Shown here: in pieces, positions 1 through 13,176 of the stretch
Position numbering within the stretch: position 1 is the stretch's first letter
Layout of the letters: every line of letters starts with the position of its first letter
NCBI GenBank assembly: GCA_964016885.1
Contig: OZ024740.1
Location: 388,554,001-388,618,000 of the forward strand
Origin: Eledone cirrhosa
Lineage: Eukaryota
Length of the DNA stretch: 64,000 bases
Reading direction: 5' to 3'
Position numbers and translations under genes: made by a program
Notes under the pieces: generated by a model
Told to the model about the DNA's origin: nothing
Databases searched by the model: none
What the model saw: only the letters and a program-made list of their open reading frames with translations

Positions 1-124
1 AAAAAACAAGCCCTATTTCTTACGAGTTAATTATTCTCCGTCCATACACGTATTGTCGTGGCTTTCAAACTTCGAATTCTTTATACCATAATATGATGCT
101 TCAAGTAAATTACAAATTCCTTCT

Positions 125-130
<6 letters not shown>

Positions 131-216
<86 letters not shown>
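131..216. repeat. (TG)n microsatellite
   Basis: Pure TG dinucleotide run. Confidence 0.98.
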
Positions 217-219
<3 letters not shown>

Positions 220-846
220 AAATTCCTTTTCCAGCCTCTTTTGAACTACACAACAGGTACAGCCAGCTGCGTTCATTGTAGCGACAAACACAGAAAGACA
301 GAGCTGGTAAATTCTGCATGATGAATTCCAGAGATAATGTCTTATTTTCCCCCGTGTTGTTCTATTGGACAAAGCCGAAAGCAGATACATATGCCGGTTT
401 TGGGTTGATACAACTGACTGTTGGAGTATACACGTGTTTACGTAAATGTTACTAACAGTCCAGCTTTAGACGTAACTATCTGTGGTTTTGTTAAACATCA
501 ACATTTTAAAGTTTTATTCACTGACTGACTCTATCATCGTTTGTTTAATGCTAGATGACCATAATTAATTTGTGAGATATATCATTAATTTTGATGTCTG
601 TATTGGAGGGGTTGATTATCGTTAGGACGCTGAACATATTAAGCGTTTGTTGACAACCCAAATAATTTATTCAAATTTGCTATCTCACAACAGATTCCGT
701 AGAGAAATACTCTGGAACTAAGTAACACCTGTTAGCATTGAGTAGGACAATATGAGACCTAATGTTGCAGTACCATGCATGCGTGAAGCACCTCATGGTA
801 TTATGTTTCATGGACTTGTTAGTGTATATATATATATATATATATA

Positions 847-1436
847 CTAGCCGAATTACCCGCGCCTTGCTCTGTTTCACACATTTCTTTAAAAAGAAAA
901 TGTTGATTGATTTTAAATCAGTGATATAATTTATGGAGAAAAACTCTGCATTTCAATATTACTCAATGTAAAATGTAATGGATGAAAAATTGGAAAACAT
1001 TATTTTTTGTAATATAATCAAAATTACATCATTAAATCTTATTCTTATTTTGTTTCTTGTAAATAATTTTTTTTAAAATACCAATTCGAAACTTGATCAT
1101 TTCATTTTTGTGTAAAGCATTATTTAATTTGGGCTTCCAAAATTTTCACTATAGGAGTTTTAACCCCGATTAGGGTGTCTTAATATTATTGAACTTTGCT
1201 GAAATGTTGTGAATAGACATCATATCTTGTCATTTACCTATGGTTTAAATTTCATATAAATCGAAGGGAAAATTATTTTCAGCGGGGGTTTGTGCCCCCG
1301 GGGAACACTTTGATTAAAATGAAATATACTTATCCAAGTACCCTGGTCCATGTAGTTTCAGAATATATATGGTTATGGGGGTATATCTCCAAAACCATAG
1401 GAGTTCGTGAACAAACAGACACGAACTACAACTTTT

Positions 1437-1445
<9 letters not shown>
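847..1445 (-). mobile_element. Non-autonomous Helitron-like element
   Basis: Minus strand ends GCAAGGCGCGGGTAATTCGG-CTAG|T (GC-rich subterminal segment, then CTAG). The other end merges into (TA)n as TATATAAAAAGTTGTAGTTCGTGTCTG. Same layout as the Helitrons at 17826 and 52293. Confidence 0.55.
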
Positions 1446-1472
<27 letters not shown>

Positions 1473-1474
1473 TA

Positions 1475-2548
1475 GTTATATTTGGGGAGGGTCATATTTG
1501 CGTAATATTGCCAGAATTAATAACAGAACACACTCACTGTTTGGTTGGTTTTCGCTTCTCGCTGTCTTTTATATATATATATCTGCGATCTAACTTACTC
1601 GGTCCTCAATGTTGCCATTGACTGACCGGCGGTCAAAAATAATACAGATACAATATAGACACAAACACATATATATAGTTTACATAATTTACATAAATCT
1701 TTCGTTGCACATCTGCAACATCGTCAGTGGTGTTATATTCATTGTTCCTCCTGTTGTGTTGTATGTCTACGCCATTTTTTTTTTTGTTCAGTCTGTCTAT
1801 ATATTTATTTATTTATTTGCTTGTTTGTTTATCTTATTTTATTTTGTCTTCTTTGCGCATGCGTTTGCGTGTGTGTATAGTGTTATGTGTGATGTGTGAC
1901 TAGTGTGTATAGTGTTGTGTCTGCTGGGTGACTAGTGTGTGTTTATGTGCTTGTGTATGTATTTATTTATCTTATTTTATAAAAAATAAAATAAGATAAA
2001 TAAATACATACACAAGCACATAAACACACACTAGTCACCCAGCAGACACAACACTATACACACTAGTCACACATCACACATAACACTATACACACACGCA
2101 AACGCATGCGCAAAGAAGACAAAATAAAATAAGATAAACAAACAAGCAAATAAATAAATAAATATATAGACAGACTGAACAAAAAAAAATGGCGTAGACA
2201 TACAACACAACAGGAGGAACAATGAATATAACACCACTGACGATGTTGCAGATGTGCAACGAAAGATTTATGTAAATTATGTAAACTATATATATGTGTT
2301 TGTGTCTATATTGTATCTGTATTATTTTTGACCGCCGGTCAGTCAATGGCAACATTGAGGACCGAGTAAGTTAGATCGCAGATATATATATATAAAAGAC
2401 AGCGAGAAGCGAAAACCAACCAAACAGTGAGTGTGTTCTGTTATTAATTCTGGCAATATTACGCAAATATGACCCTCCCCAAATATAACAATATCTGTTT
2501 CGACACTCGATTTCATATAAAAAACCTCGCAAAACTAATTCATCGCCG

Positions 2549-2549
<1 letters not shown>
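1475..2549 (+). mobile_element. ~1 kb palindromic PLE-end-like cassette plus 60 bp tail, in (TA)n
   Basis: 1475-1980 is the near-perfect reverse complement of 1981-2489. Unique tail at 2490-2549. Hammerhead-like core CTGACGA-TGTTGCAGATGTGCAAC-GAAA at 2237-2264. A single-arm relative lies at 25693-26492. Confidence 0.75.
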
Positions 2550-2613
<64 letters not shown>

Positions 2614-2616
<3 letters not shown>

Positions 2617-2765
2617 TAAAATAACAGATTAAAGTTTAAGCAAAGAATCGGTACTTTTACCCTTAACGGGATCTTAAATATTTGCTCTACAGTTCTTATA
2701 TATTTGATATATATTTATCCTTATCGAGCCCTCTTTGGATTTTAGTCTTCATAATTATTATTACT
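2614..2765 (+). mobile_element. Centrally deleted copy of the 24027-24238 palindromic mini-element
   Basis: Shares the left arm (aaataacagattaaagtttaagcaaagaatcg...aacgggatctt) and the tail (aaatatttgctctac...ttttagtcttca) with 24027-24238. Confidence 0.8.
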
Positions 2766-3179
2766 ATATATATATATATATATATATATATGGGATAACA
2801 AATTATCGTTATAGGTAATCCAGTTAGAGGTTCTGAGTACTCTGTATTGTGGATAGTTTTAACGTACGGCGTTGTTTGACTCAACAAGAGGTTTCCTTAG
2901 TTAGGTGGCGAGTTCACGGTAATTCCTATGCAGGTTAATCTTGGAGTAATAATAGTGAAAGAATGAAGAATAACATGGTCAACAGTACAAAAAGGGTTTT
3001 ATTTACAGTATTAACAATTGTTTCATTGATTAGGATGTCTAAAGGCTGCTAATCACTCGAAGTTGTGTCACTCAACCTTAAATACAGTGTATGCCTAAGC
3101 AAATCATCGGAATAACTGACAAAGTTACACTCGGTGTTTGTATTTATACTATGGAGAATTCAAATAACAACATCAATAA

Positions 3180-3310
3180 TAAAGAAAGAAAAAGAAAAAG
3201 AAAAAGAAAAAGAAAAAGAAAAAGAAAAAAAAGAAAAAGAAAAAGAAAACGAAAACGAAAAAGAAAAAGAAAAAGAAAAAGAAAAAGAAAAAGAAAAAGA
3301 AAAAGAAAAA
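3180..3310. repeat. (AAAAGA)n microsatellite
   Basis: Hexamer tandem run. Confidence 0.95.
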
Positions 3311-5194
3311 ATAATAATAAAGAAGTTAGAATGAAGATTAAAAATAAGTAAACAAAATATATACATGAAAAAAATATATGAACATAATATGATTGTTGAA
3401 AATAGTGGTAGTGGTGGTGGTTAAAGTTATAGTGGTGTGTAAGTATAAAAATGTGATGAGGGTAGGAATATTATTAATATGAAAATAAATATTAAATATA
3501 TACGTAAATATATGCATTGGTTAAATCACAGATGGTTAGAGTAGAAAGAAAGAATATAATGATAAATAACATATAAAAGATAAATTAATAAATTAGAAGT
3601 TAGGTTAGAGGTTAGGAGATACAGGATAGGATAGAAGGGAAGAGGTGAAATAGCTTTAGGGAGAGAGTGAAAGAAAGTGAAAGAAAGGTTAGGAGGTTTA
3701 TGATGTTGATTTAGTGATTAGTTGGTCTGTTGACAGGTAATAATAGTGGGTTGGTATGTAGTTATTATAATAGACTCTGCTTGAATTATGGGATTGTTGG
3801 ATCGAATCATGTTGGTTTGAAATTTGCGAATTTAGTAACTGCTTTGTGCCTACAGTAAATTGATCGTTCTATTTTGCTGTTAAGGAAAATCTGCTTCGTA
3901 TCTCAAGACGTATCTGAAGAGCTTGCGATTTTCAGAGTCAGGTTCGATCATCACCTCGATCGTGCCTCGAGCTGGTCGCCAGAGAAACGATTGTAATATG
4001 TCCAATAAATTCTATTCGTCGCAACACTGATTCTCTTTTTTTCTGTGATTCCCCTACGGTTAGCTATACTCTTTGTTGTTCTCCTGTCTCACTCGCTTTA
4101 CGCGTTTTAATTGTCCTAATAACTTATTTTAGTTATTATTGCACCGACGTGAGGTATATGATTTTTAATTCAATGAAATATCTATGATCGTCGGCAAATC
4201 ACTGATGAGGGACTCATTTTATTACATGTTATCCATGCGCTACCTGCAGTATTTTTCTCCATATTTTATTACATATATATATATATATATATATATACGG
4301 ATTCTATAAAGATTCCATCAACCATACTTCTAAAGAATGCATTGCTAGATCGTCTTTGATATTAGGGCTGCTCAATTTCTACACAACAAAAACGACTGTG
4401 CAATTTGTATTTTATTATGAAACTGACCCGCTGCTTACTGCATAAGTGACATCATCTTCGAACGCTTGCCATCTACTAGACATAAATGTCAAATTTCCTC
4501 CGAAGTTTAAACCGATGTGTACTATTCTTGGAAAGAAGACAAGATAGTCAATTCTTGAAAACCGCTGATATTTACTCTGCTCTTTCACTGCACTGCCGAC
4601 TAAATGGATTAAGGAATATGGCATACAGGAATAAACAGACATGTGATAAAGAAAGTAAGAAACAATGTGTATCTCACAGAATTGTGTACGATAAACTAAT
4701 CAATTCAAATGTGTATGTTTCCGTTTCTAATAAGCGAATGTATGATATTTCTGTCGGACTAATTGTTCAGATCACAGCTACGTCTTCAAGTAAGTTTGTA
4801 TCGTATGTCTACACGATTACAAATTAAAGTGTGCTACACAGAAATATAACATGTATAATACCTCAGAGTGTCTGAATATAATTCTTCATGGAGAATAAGG
4901 AAGTTGGAGTTAATATAGTTATTGCAGAGCTCATTAACAATCTTACTAGAAATAATTTTGCCGTAAGTAAAGGAAAGCCAGTCAATTATTAATATTTTAA
5001 TTATTTTGTCAAGAAATAGCACAACCCAGAATATATTAAAGTTGTTAACTTACCGATTGTGTTAAATACATATGACATCAGTGAACTATTTATCCTCACA
5101 AAAGTATTTGTTTACTTATTTATCGATGCTTCCATCACTACTTTTGTAAATATGGTGACGTCAATATTTCCAAAAAAATCGTTGTACTACTCGT

Positions 5195-5395
5195 CAGATC
5201 TGTTCTGCTAGAGAAGGGGTCACAGGTGACGGATAGCGATACGGCCACCAGGTAGCTGCTGAATGAATAACCAACCCCGGTCCAACAGCGGTAAACTACT
5301 AAGGGAGATAGAGCAATGGGTGACTCCTGTAGCTCAGAAGAAGACTCTCACAACCCAGTGATGTAGCTACGACGAGGCGAGTAAAGGCCGCCTGT
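5195..5395 (-). repeat. Unclassified interspersed repeat (3 copies in window)
   Basis: Reverse complement aligns with 49580-49808 and 57306-57484 (tagctacatcactgg...ttgctccatctccc.tagtag...cgacccgttctctagc). Confidence 0.75.
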
Positions 5396-6835
5396 AAATA
5401 AGCGTAGTCTTCGAAGGTTTGATAAAGTACCAGATTGATGACTAGCGCGAATAAGATCACCGAAACTGAAACTGCAATATGATGAGGAAAACAAAAAGAA
5501 ACTATACCGCACTGTCCTTTATTGTGGTTCGTCTCCACTATTTGTTCACATAATTGTAAATAAATCATTAAAAATACTGCATTTGCTCGCCCCATACTTA
5601 TTTCTATTTTGCATTTTAATACTTCTTGCATTAAGAATGTTAACACTAACTGAAATATCTATTCTTAGTCATTTGACATAAAATTAATCTTTTCAAATAG
5701 TGAATGTGTTGTTGCTAGCTTGAACTGTGACGAAACATGATGGTTGAAAATAATGATATAAAGTGAAAATGTGTGTTGTATAAATTCTTAATGCTAAGGT
5801 AAAGCAGTCTAAAATATTATTCTATTTTCTTTGGCAACGTAATGTTTGTACGTGCGTATTTCTTAACGTTTTCCGCCACTTCGTTGCTAGTCTAAAATAT
5901 AGAAACTAAGATTCACAGGTAACAGAAGACCTTAATTGATTTTATGCTGATAAAGTCTGTAGCGAAGAAAATAGTAATGCAGATTCCTCTTGCTCTCTTT
6001 GTATAGACGAAACGCAGAGAATAATCTTAGCATCCAGAAGTTAGTATCTTTAAAGAAATCACGAAATACTTATAGATAAGTTCACAAGCGTATATTTATT
6101 ATTTTATTATAGAAGTATATAGTGTACCACGGACATTATATATCAAATGCACATTATCATAAACGTGTTGGTAATTGACAGTGAGGTTATCGAGGATAAA
6201 TAGGTTTTCACATTTAATATTAATGCAGTGTAAACGGATTAAATGAAACAAAAACGAACATCTGGAATAGTGATTGTAGAGACACTGTAAAATGTTCAAA
6301 AGTCGCTCTCACTCATAAGATTTCTTGATAAACATATTTTTGTTTTTGTCAACGTTACGTGATTGATAGACGCATATCTCTTTTTTCAATGGACTGTGGT
6401 TTATTGAAGTGCTTTTTCAGTAAAAATGATGGCCAGGTAAACTGACGTAATGTAAAATTATGTCTATACATAAATAAAAAAATAAAATTCTGAAAGATGT
6501 GAATTTACAGATCGCGAACTTTATTCAATTTGGTAAAACGTTCCTTCATATTCTGTAGCAATGTAGTGATATTGTACATCTCACCTACAAAGTAAAAATC
6601 ATCAGATTATATATTTTGTTCCAATTGGAGTTTTCAAGAAAGTTTACTCGCAATAACTTATGACATTACCGGTTTCACAAGCTATATAATTTTCATAAGT
6701 TAAGAGAGATTGAGAGATGTGTCTATTTCGCATTTTGAAATATACATAATTTTGAAAATCATGAGACCATTGAAATTAAAGGTTATTGTAAATAAGACTT
6801 CCTGAAAACTCCATTGCATTTTCAAGTTCTTTTTC

Positions 6836-6917
<82 letters not shown>

Positions 6918-7962
6918 AAAACTCGGTAGTTACAGATGATGTTGATCTTTTCTTCTTTTCGGGTTATAGCTACTGTTGCCCAGAGAGTGGGATTGGCTTG
7001 GTGCACAGTCTTCCCCCACTTTAAAAAAAATCTTCACGCACAGGCATTGCACGATAGCATTAATTGATAATTATAATTATCAATTAATAATTGTTTCTAC
7101 GTTAGGCACAAGGCCAGCAATAACCCAGAGTATTACTGGTAATTTTTAATAATGTTATATCGTGCAATGGCCATACTCGATAACGAGGGGGCAGCCATCA
7201 TGTATGTATGTATGTATATGATTTGTCAAGAGCTTACAATTATGGTGAGAATTATGGCACTTACCACAATAAAGAAGACAAAATATCGGCATGTTTTGTG
7301 TAGTGTGGAATCCTTGTCGTGTGTTGTCTATCTCTTTTTTTTTAAAAACATTTACTAATGATCTCATATTGTAAATGTAAGTCAAGATTATCGCTGTTTT
7401 GCGTCCATTGTTGTTGTGTAATGTTTCATGACAAAACATTCTTCAGTTAAGCACAAATTGCATGGGATGTTATAAATTTAGTTTTAACGTATTTATTGCA
7501 GAAATCATTAACTATCTGAAAACCTTTTGCTATGTGTGCTGATAGAGTGAATTAAGGTTACCTTTTGACTGTGTTTGCTACAGTCTCCAATGCTTCAGAT
7601 ACAATTAATTGTTAAGTAATGATAACAAACAGCTCTAGTGTTTTTCCTCTATGGTGGCCTGGTGAACAATGGTGTTACTTATTTATTTCATATCTTGGGA
7701 ATTGTTCAATCGTGTTTCATTTGCAATTATCATCTTTTTGTTTAATATTTTGGGGTGAAGAATTTCGTTTATGCCAAAAATGATTCATATACAAATTCAT
7801 TTGCAGAAGCAGCTGCCTTTATATTGCACTTTTTGAATAATTTATTGTGATTATTACCTTTATGGCAGTGTTTGGACAATGGATTCAACTACATTTTGTG
7901 TTTCCCCTTCTGTGTTTGTTTCTTGTTTGAAATATATTTATATATATCTATCTAAAAATCGG

Positions 7963-8016
<54 letters not shown>

Positions 8017-8044
8017 GATCTATTTATCTATCGATCTATCTATC

Positions 8045-8118
<74 letters not shown>

Positions 8119-8158
8119 TAGGAATAACCAAAGAATTCTTAGAAATACATTGTTTTAT

Positions 8159-8206
8159 TAGCTAACAGTGTTTCATCCATACACCATGGCAGGAATCATC
8201 AGAGCC
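8159..8206 (-). ncRNA. Minimal type I hammerhead ribozyme
   Basis: Reverse complement of the 10757-10804 motif. Confidence 0.75.
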
Positions 8207-10756
8207 TATAAACAAGAGTATATCAATAGTTGCATGCTCCATCGAGCTGCGTCACCAGAACAAGGTTAAAGGACCAGCAGGGGGTCCCGAGGCCAGCTAT
8301 ATGGAAAAAGACAGAATACATGATGCACATAATGTCATAAAATGTCTTAAAAAATTACATCAAAAATTAAAAATTTTAATTTAAAAATTAAAAATTAAAA
8401 ATTACACCAAAAATGTATCACTTAAATGGTGCAATAGATGATAAAGAGGTTGGGAGAGGGTAGCAAGAATGAGTGAAGGTATTACACAGCATGATCAGAT
8501 ACAATAAAAAAAATAAGAAGGTACAAAAATACATAGATAACAAAAGAGATAAATATACAAATACAAAACAATAAAGGAACAAAAAGCCCGAAAAACGAAA
8601 AAAATTTAAAACAAAGCAAAGCATAGATACATCAAAGCACAAGCAGTGCAAAAACAGGGTGTACAGAAAGATTAAGAGAGTTTGCAAGCATGAGTCTGTG
8701 AGAACAGTAGTTGGTTGGCAGTGGTGCAGCCTTACATGTATGATAGTCCATATGAGGGATGGTGTACTCCAATTATATCGCCTTGTAACACTATTTTTTC
8801 CAAAACCTATACCCAGGGGATTTATCACCATAGGCGGTCTGGGATATACACCTAAAATCTAAAATAAGAATTAAAAGAAAGTACGATGAGTTAAAGAAAT
8901 GTATGGTACATGTACAGCCGGCACACAAGTGAGGAAATTGAAAATACGCCAGGTCCGCAATAACTGGCATTCCTCAAAGTCATTACGTTCGGTCGCTCAA
9001 CCCAACGTCCCAGGTGAAATTCACTGTATGTCCGAGTTGGCGTCCAACCAATGTGTCGTACCGTATACAACTATACCACAGTAAATGTAAATCGTGATGG
9101 CTATCCCGTCACATAGACAGAAAGTGTATACAGGAAACTCCGCTTCCAGAATCACATATGGCAGAGTGAGCAGATATTGTTATAATAATAGGCAGGTCTA
9201 TTAGAGTGAATGCAAATTTTTGTAGAATATGTATATATATATAGAGAGAGAAGAGAAAACTCACGGCCAAACCTGTCAATGACAGTTATGTTATTTATAT
9301 GTCCGCCACGTGGTTTTCGTTTAGATTATTGACTCTGGAGGTTGCAATCCATTCACAGTCGAGTGTGGCCTCTCCTGGGTCGACCGGAGTTCAATATCGA
9401 GTGTCGCACTTTGCATTGAGTGTCGTTCTATAATTCATCAAAGCAGGATCACAATTCATATTCAACTAATTCCAACTTTCAAAGGTTAGCCTCTCGCTAG
9501 TAACACATAACGGTAGTCCGAATATAAACACAGGAAGTCGTAGTGTGACTATGAAAAGTATGGGAGGCAATTCGCGTCATAAAGGGCGGATTCATTAGAT
9601 ATCCAATGGGATGCTTGGGGTGAGTCTTTTTTTTTATTCGAACCCCTCAGCGATCAACTACCCCTTCCCCCAGGGGCTTGATCGATTCAGGGGCACCTAG
9701 CCCACACGATTTGCTACCATAATTCACTATACTATGTTAGCTCTATCACACACTTTAGGGTTAAGGTTAACTGAACCCCGGGAGCCCAATTCACTCACTT
9801 TATAGCTGCAGCAGGGTTTCCTGGGCTTTCGACAGACTATTATGTTGTGCTATCAGTTAGCGCACAATGGGTGTGTTTATAAACCATATTAATATGGTTA
9901 GTGTGGGTAGGTGCCTATATAGGGTCAAACTGTGCTAGGTATAGTGAAAATCCTTAAGTAAGTTCTACCCTATGGGTTCTTGGCCTGTGGTCCAGTAAGA
10001 TGAACTTTCTTTTATTTCTTATTTTAGATTTTAGGTGTATATCCCAGACCGCCTATGGTGATAAATCCCCTGGATATAGGTTTTGGAAAAATAGTGTTAT
10101 CTCACTTAACGTTCGGAACTGGAACATATCGATGTGGTTCGTAGGGTGATATTATGATAAGGAGCTTCGACCTGTAACAAGGCGATATAATGGGAGTACA
10201 CCATCCCTCATATGGACTATCATACATGTAAGGCTGCACCACTGCTAATCAACTACTCTTCTCACAGACTCATGCTTGCAAACTCTCTTAATCTGCCTGT
10301 ACACCCTGTTTTTGCCCTGCTTGTGCTTTGATGTATCTATGCTTTGTTTTATATTTTTTGGTTTTTCGGGCTTTTTGTTCCTTTATTGTTTTGTGTTTTT
10401 ATATTTATCTCTTTTGTTATCTATGTATTTTTGTACCTTCTTATTATTGTTTTTATTGTTTCTGATCATGCTGTGTAATACCCTCACTCATTCTTGCTAC
10501 CCTCTTCCAACCTCTTTATCATCTATTGCACCATTTAAGTGATACATTTTTGGTGTAATTTTTAATTTTTAATTTTTGATTTTTAATTTTTAATTTTTGA
10601 TGTAATTTTTAAAGACATTTTATGACATTATGTGCATCATGTATTCTGTCTTTTTCCATATAGCGCTGGCCTCGGGACCCCCCTGCTGGTCCTTTAACCT
10701 TGTTCTGGTAACGCAGCTCGATGGAGCATGCAACTATTGATATACTCTTGTTTATA

Positions 10757-10804
10757 GGCTCTGATGATTCCTGCCATGGTGTATGGATGAAACACTGTTA
10801 GCTA
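10757..10804 (+). ncRNA. Minimal type I hammerhead ribozyme
   Basis: GCT-CTGATGA-TTCC..12nt..TGGAT-GAAAC-ACT-GTT-AGC. Stem I GCT/AGC extends into ttgtttat/ataaaacaa. Confidence 0.78.
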
Positions 10805-10957
10805 ATAAAACAATGTATTTCTAAGCATTCTTTGGTTATTCCTATAACTATAACGGCTCTGTAGTATACTAGTTGTCCTACATTGAGCTAAAACCTCACT
10901 GTCATACCAAGGGCAATATATCTGCGTGTCTGGGCATATTGATATATTTGTCAACCA

Positions 10958-10997
<40 letters not shown>

Positions 10998-10999
<2 letters not shown>

Positions 11000-12160
11000 A
11001 AATAAAGATCCGAAGGCACGGTATAAATTTCCAATCATTTTAATCACGACACATGTTTCAATAAGAGATAGATCGATCATGTAGCCATGATCGATTATCA
11101 CTAATCTCGTAAGGTGAAAATGAATTGTCTTCAAATCCTTGATATGAGGGAGAAAATTGACGGTGTTCACTCACAGAGTTTAGTCCCTCATATGAAGATC
11201 AAGCAGTCAGAACACGGCGACTGCTATCGTCCTCAGTTAGGGTCATAAAACTATCAAGTCTCTATCTCCCAATAGCTTTAAAAGACACTGGACATGAATC
11301 AAATCTGTAGAATTACAGTCAGTCACAGTTAATGTTAGTGGGTACACACACACTCACACATATATGACGCGAGGTCAAAGAAAAAAAAATATATACACAT
11401 ACCAATACTGTATCAAATCTGTAGAACTATAGAGGGTCACAGTTATTGTAAGTGTGTACACGCACACACTCACACACACCGACACGAGGTTAAAGAAAAT
11501 ACAAAAATACAAATAAACCAACATAGTATTCACCGAAAGTTAGTTTACGAAACAACAAATGTTATATTGGTCAAATCTAAATTTGACGATGTAAATTGGA
11601 AAAATTGGGTCAACCGGAACCCTATACACACGCAAGTAAGTTCAGTTCAATGATCTGCTATACGTGTATAGATTGAATTGTAACATCCGTATAACCAAAT
11701 CGTGTATGTTATGGTATATACATCCGTATCGTCCAAAAGAATTGGAAAAATTGGGTCAACCTCAACCCTATACACACGCAAGTAAGTTCAGTTCAGTGTT
11801 CTGCTATACGTGTAAAAATTGAATTGTAACATCCGTATCTCCAAATAGTGTATGTTATGGTATATACACATCCATGTGAAGAGCAAGTAGTCAGCTCATA
11901 TCGAACTCAGTATGTGCTGTTGTCCGATTGAGAATCTGAGTCCCAAAATCTGTGCGTGCAAGCAACCGATATGTAGGCCACCAAGGGACACTGTGTAGGG
12001 TTGGGTACTTGGGTTAAGGTGTCAGTATGTGCGATTTCCCGTCATATGGGCCCTTGGGCTTTTAAGATAGGTGTTTGAGTGGTGGAGGTGTGTTATCTAA
12101 CACAAAAGGCAAAATAAAATAACAAATAATCGCAAAACCCAGAGAACGTGTGTAGACCCA
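10998..12160 (-). mobile_element. PLE 3'-end fragment with a variant hammerhead and internal tandem duplications
   Basis: Hammerhead at 11044-11117 lies near the (TA)n junction. Internal duplications at ~11300-11390/11414-11500 and ~11595-11727/11740-11873. Confidence 0.6.
11044..11117 (-). ncRNA. Hammerhead ribozyme with core substitution (CUUACGA)
   Basis: Minus strand reads TCAC-CTTACGA-long stem II (ATCGATCATG/CATGATCGAT)-GAAAC-ATGT-GTC-GTGA. Confidence 0.7.
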
Positions 12161-12185
12161 TTAATGGTGTGTAAGTTGTTGAATA

Positions 12186-12348
12186 TTCTTCTTCTTCTTC
12201 TTCTTCTTCTTCTTCTTCTTCTTCTTTTTCTTCTTCTTCTTTTTCTTTTTCTTTTTCTTTTTCTTTTTCTTCTTCTTCTTCTTCTTCTTCTTCTTCTTCT
12301 TCTTCTTCTTCTTCTTCTTCTTCTTCTTCTTCTTCTTCTTCTTCTTCT
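12186..12348. repeat. (TTC)n microsatellite
   Basis: Trinucleotide run with TTTTTC variants. Confidence 0.97.
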
Positions 12349-12620
12349 CAGAGTGTCGTGGAGACAGATTCTTCAAGCACTCCTTCCAGCGGGTTCTGAC
12401 GGAAGCTACTGTTTTGGATGAATCCCCAAGCGAGACCAGCCAAGCTCAAGGTTGTTATCATATGAAGCTGCATAATTTGGCTCAACTTATAATAAAAAAG
12501 AAATACGATTTCGCTTCAAGCACAGCTTTATACAATATGTATAAATATTTCTTATCTCCAAAGAGATTAATCACCTCATTCACACAGACGAGAAAAATAT
12601 ATATTCTGAGCTATCTTCTA

Positions 12621-12714
12621 GTCCAGCAGTCGCAAGCAGTGGGAGGGACCGTCCTGACGAAGGCCAGTTAAGCCTGAAATGCATAGACGGTTGTCCCCCT
12701 TGCTTCTGCTGGAC
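12621..12714 (+). ncRNA. Type I hammerhead ribozyme with long extended stem I
   Basis: ACCGTC-CTGACGA-AGGC-cagttaa-GCCT-GAAA-TGC-ATA-GACGGT (12648-12691). Outer pairing GTCCAGCAG/CTGCTGGAC. Confidence 0.88.
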
Positions 12715-12808
12715 ATCACAAGAGGGCGTTAGACCCCCCCCCCCCCAGGTGTTTGCATAGCTACTACGGCTTCCTAAAACTGTATTTCTTTAGAGATACG
12801 AAATATTT

Positions 12809-12856
<48 letters not shown>

Positions 12857-12861
12857 ATATA

Positions 12862-13131
12862 TATAATGAATGTGTCTAAAAGCGACTATATGTATGTATA
12901 TATGTGAAAATGTATATAAATAAGTAAATAAGTGGGTGAGTGTATATATCTATATGTGTTTGATGTGTATAATTAAATGTATGTGTATTCATGTATATGT
13001 GTATTTATATATATATATATATATATACACATGGACAAGAGTATGTATGTATATATGTGTGAGTCTATATGTGTGTGTATGAAGATAAGTAGAGTATGAA
13101 AGTGTATATACATGAATGCGTATGTATGTAC

Positions 13132-13176
<45 letters not shown>

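Larger units (their letters stand above)
8113..10940 (+). mobile_element. Non-coding PLE-derived element with ~770 bp inverted pLTR arms and a 90 bp tail, in (TA)n
   Basis: 8113-8882 is the reverse complement of ~10005-10850, and the right arm has an extra ~70 bp near 10100-10172. One hammerhead per arm. Tail at 10851-10940. Confidence 0.85.

Noticed and set aside
1475-2489. Palindromes as assembly fold-back artefacts
   Set aside because: The arms carry substitutions and indels, have consistent one-sided tails, and have diverged relatives elsewhere in the window
3005-3065. Hammerhead on the minus strand (TGATTAG/CTAATCA stem, GAAACAATTGTT). Similar relics at 25216-25312 and 40708-40790.
   Set aside because: The CUGANGA box is missing or degenerate. 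Probably decayed PLE ends, not callable as ribozymes.
5360-5395. HDV-like ribozyme suggested by GCCTCGTCG on the minus strand
   Set aside because: No P1 partner found, and the motif is not conserved in the copy at 49590
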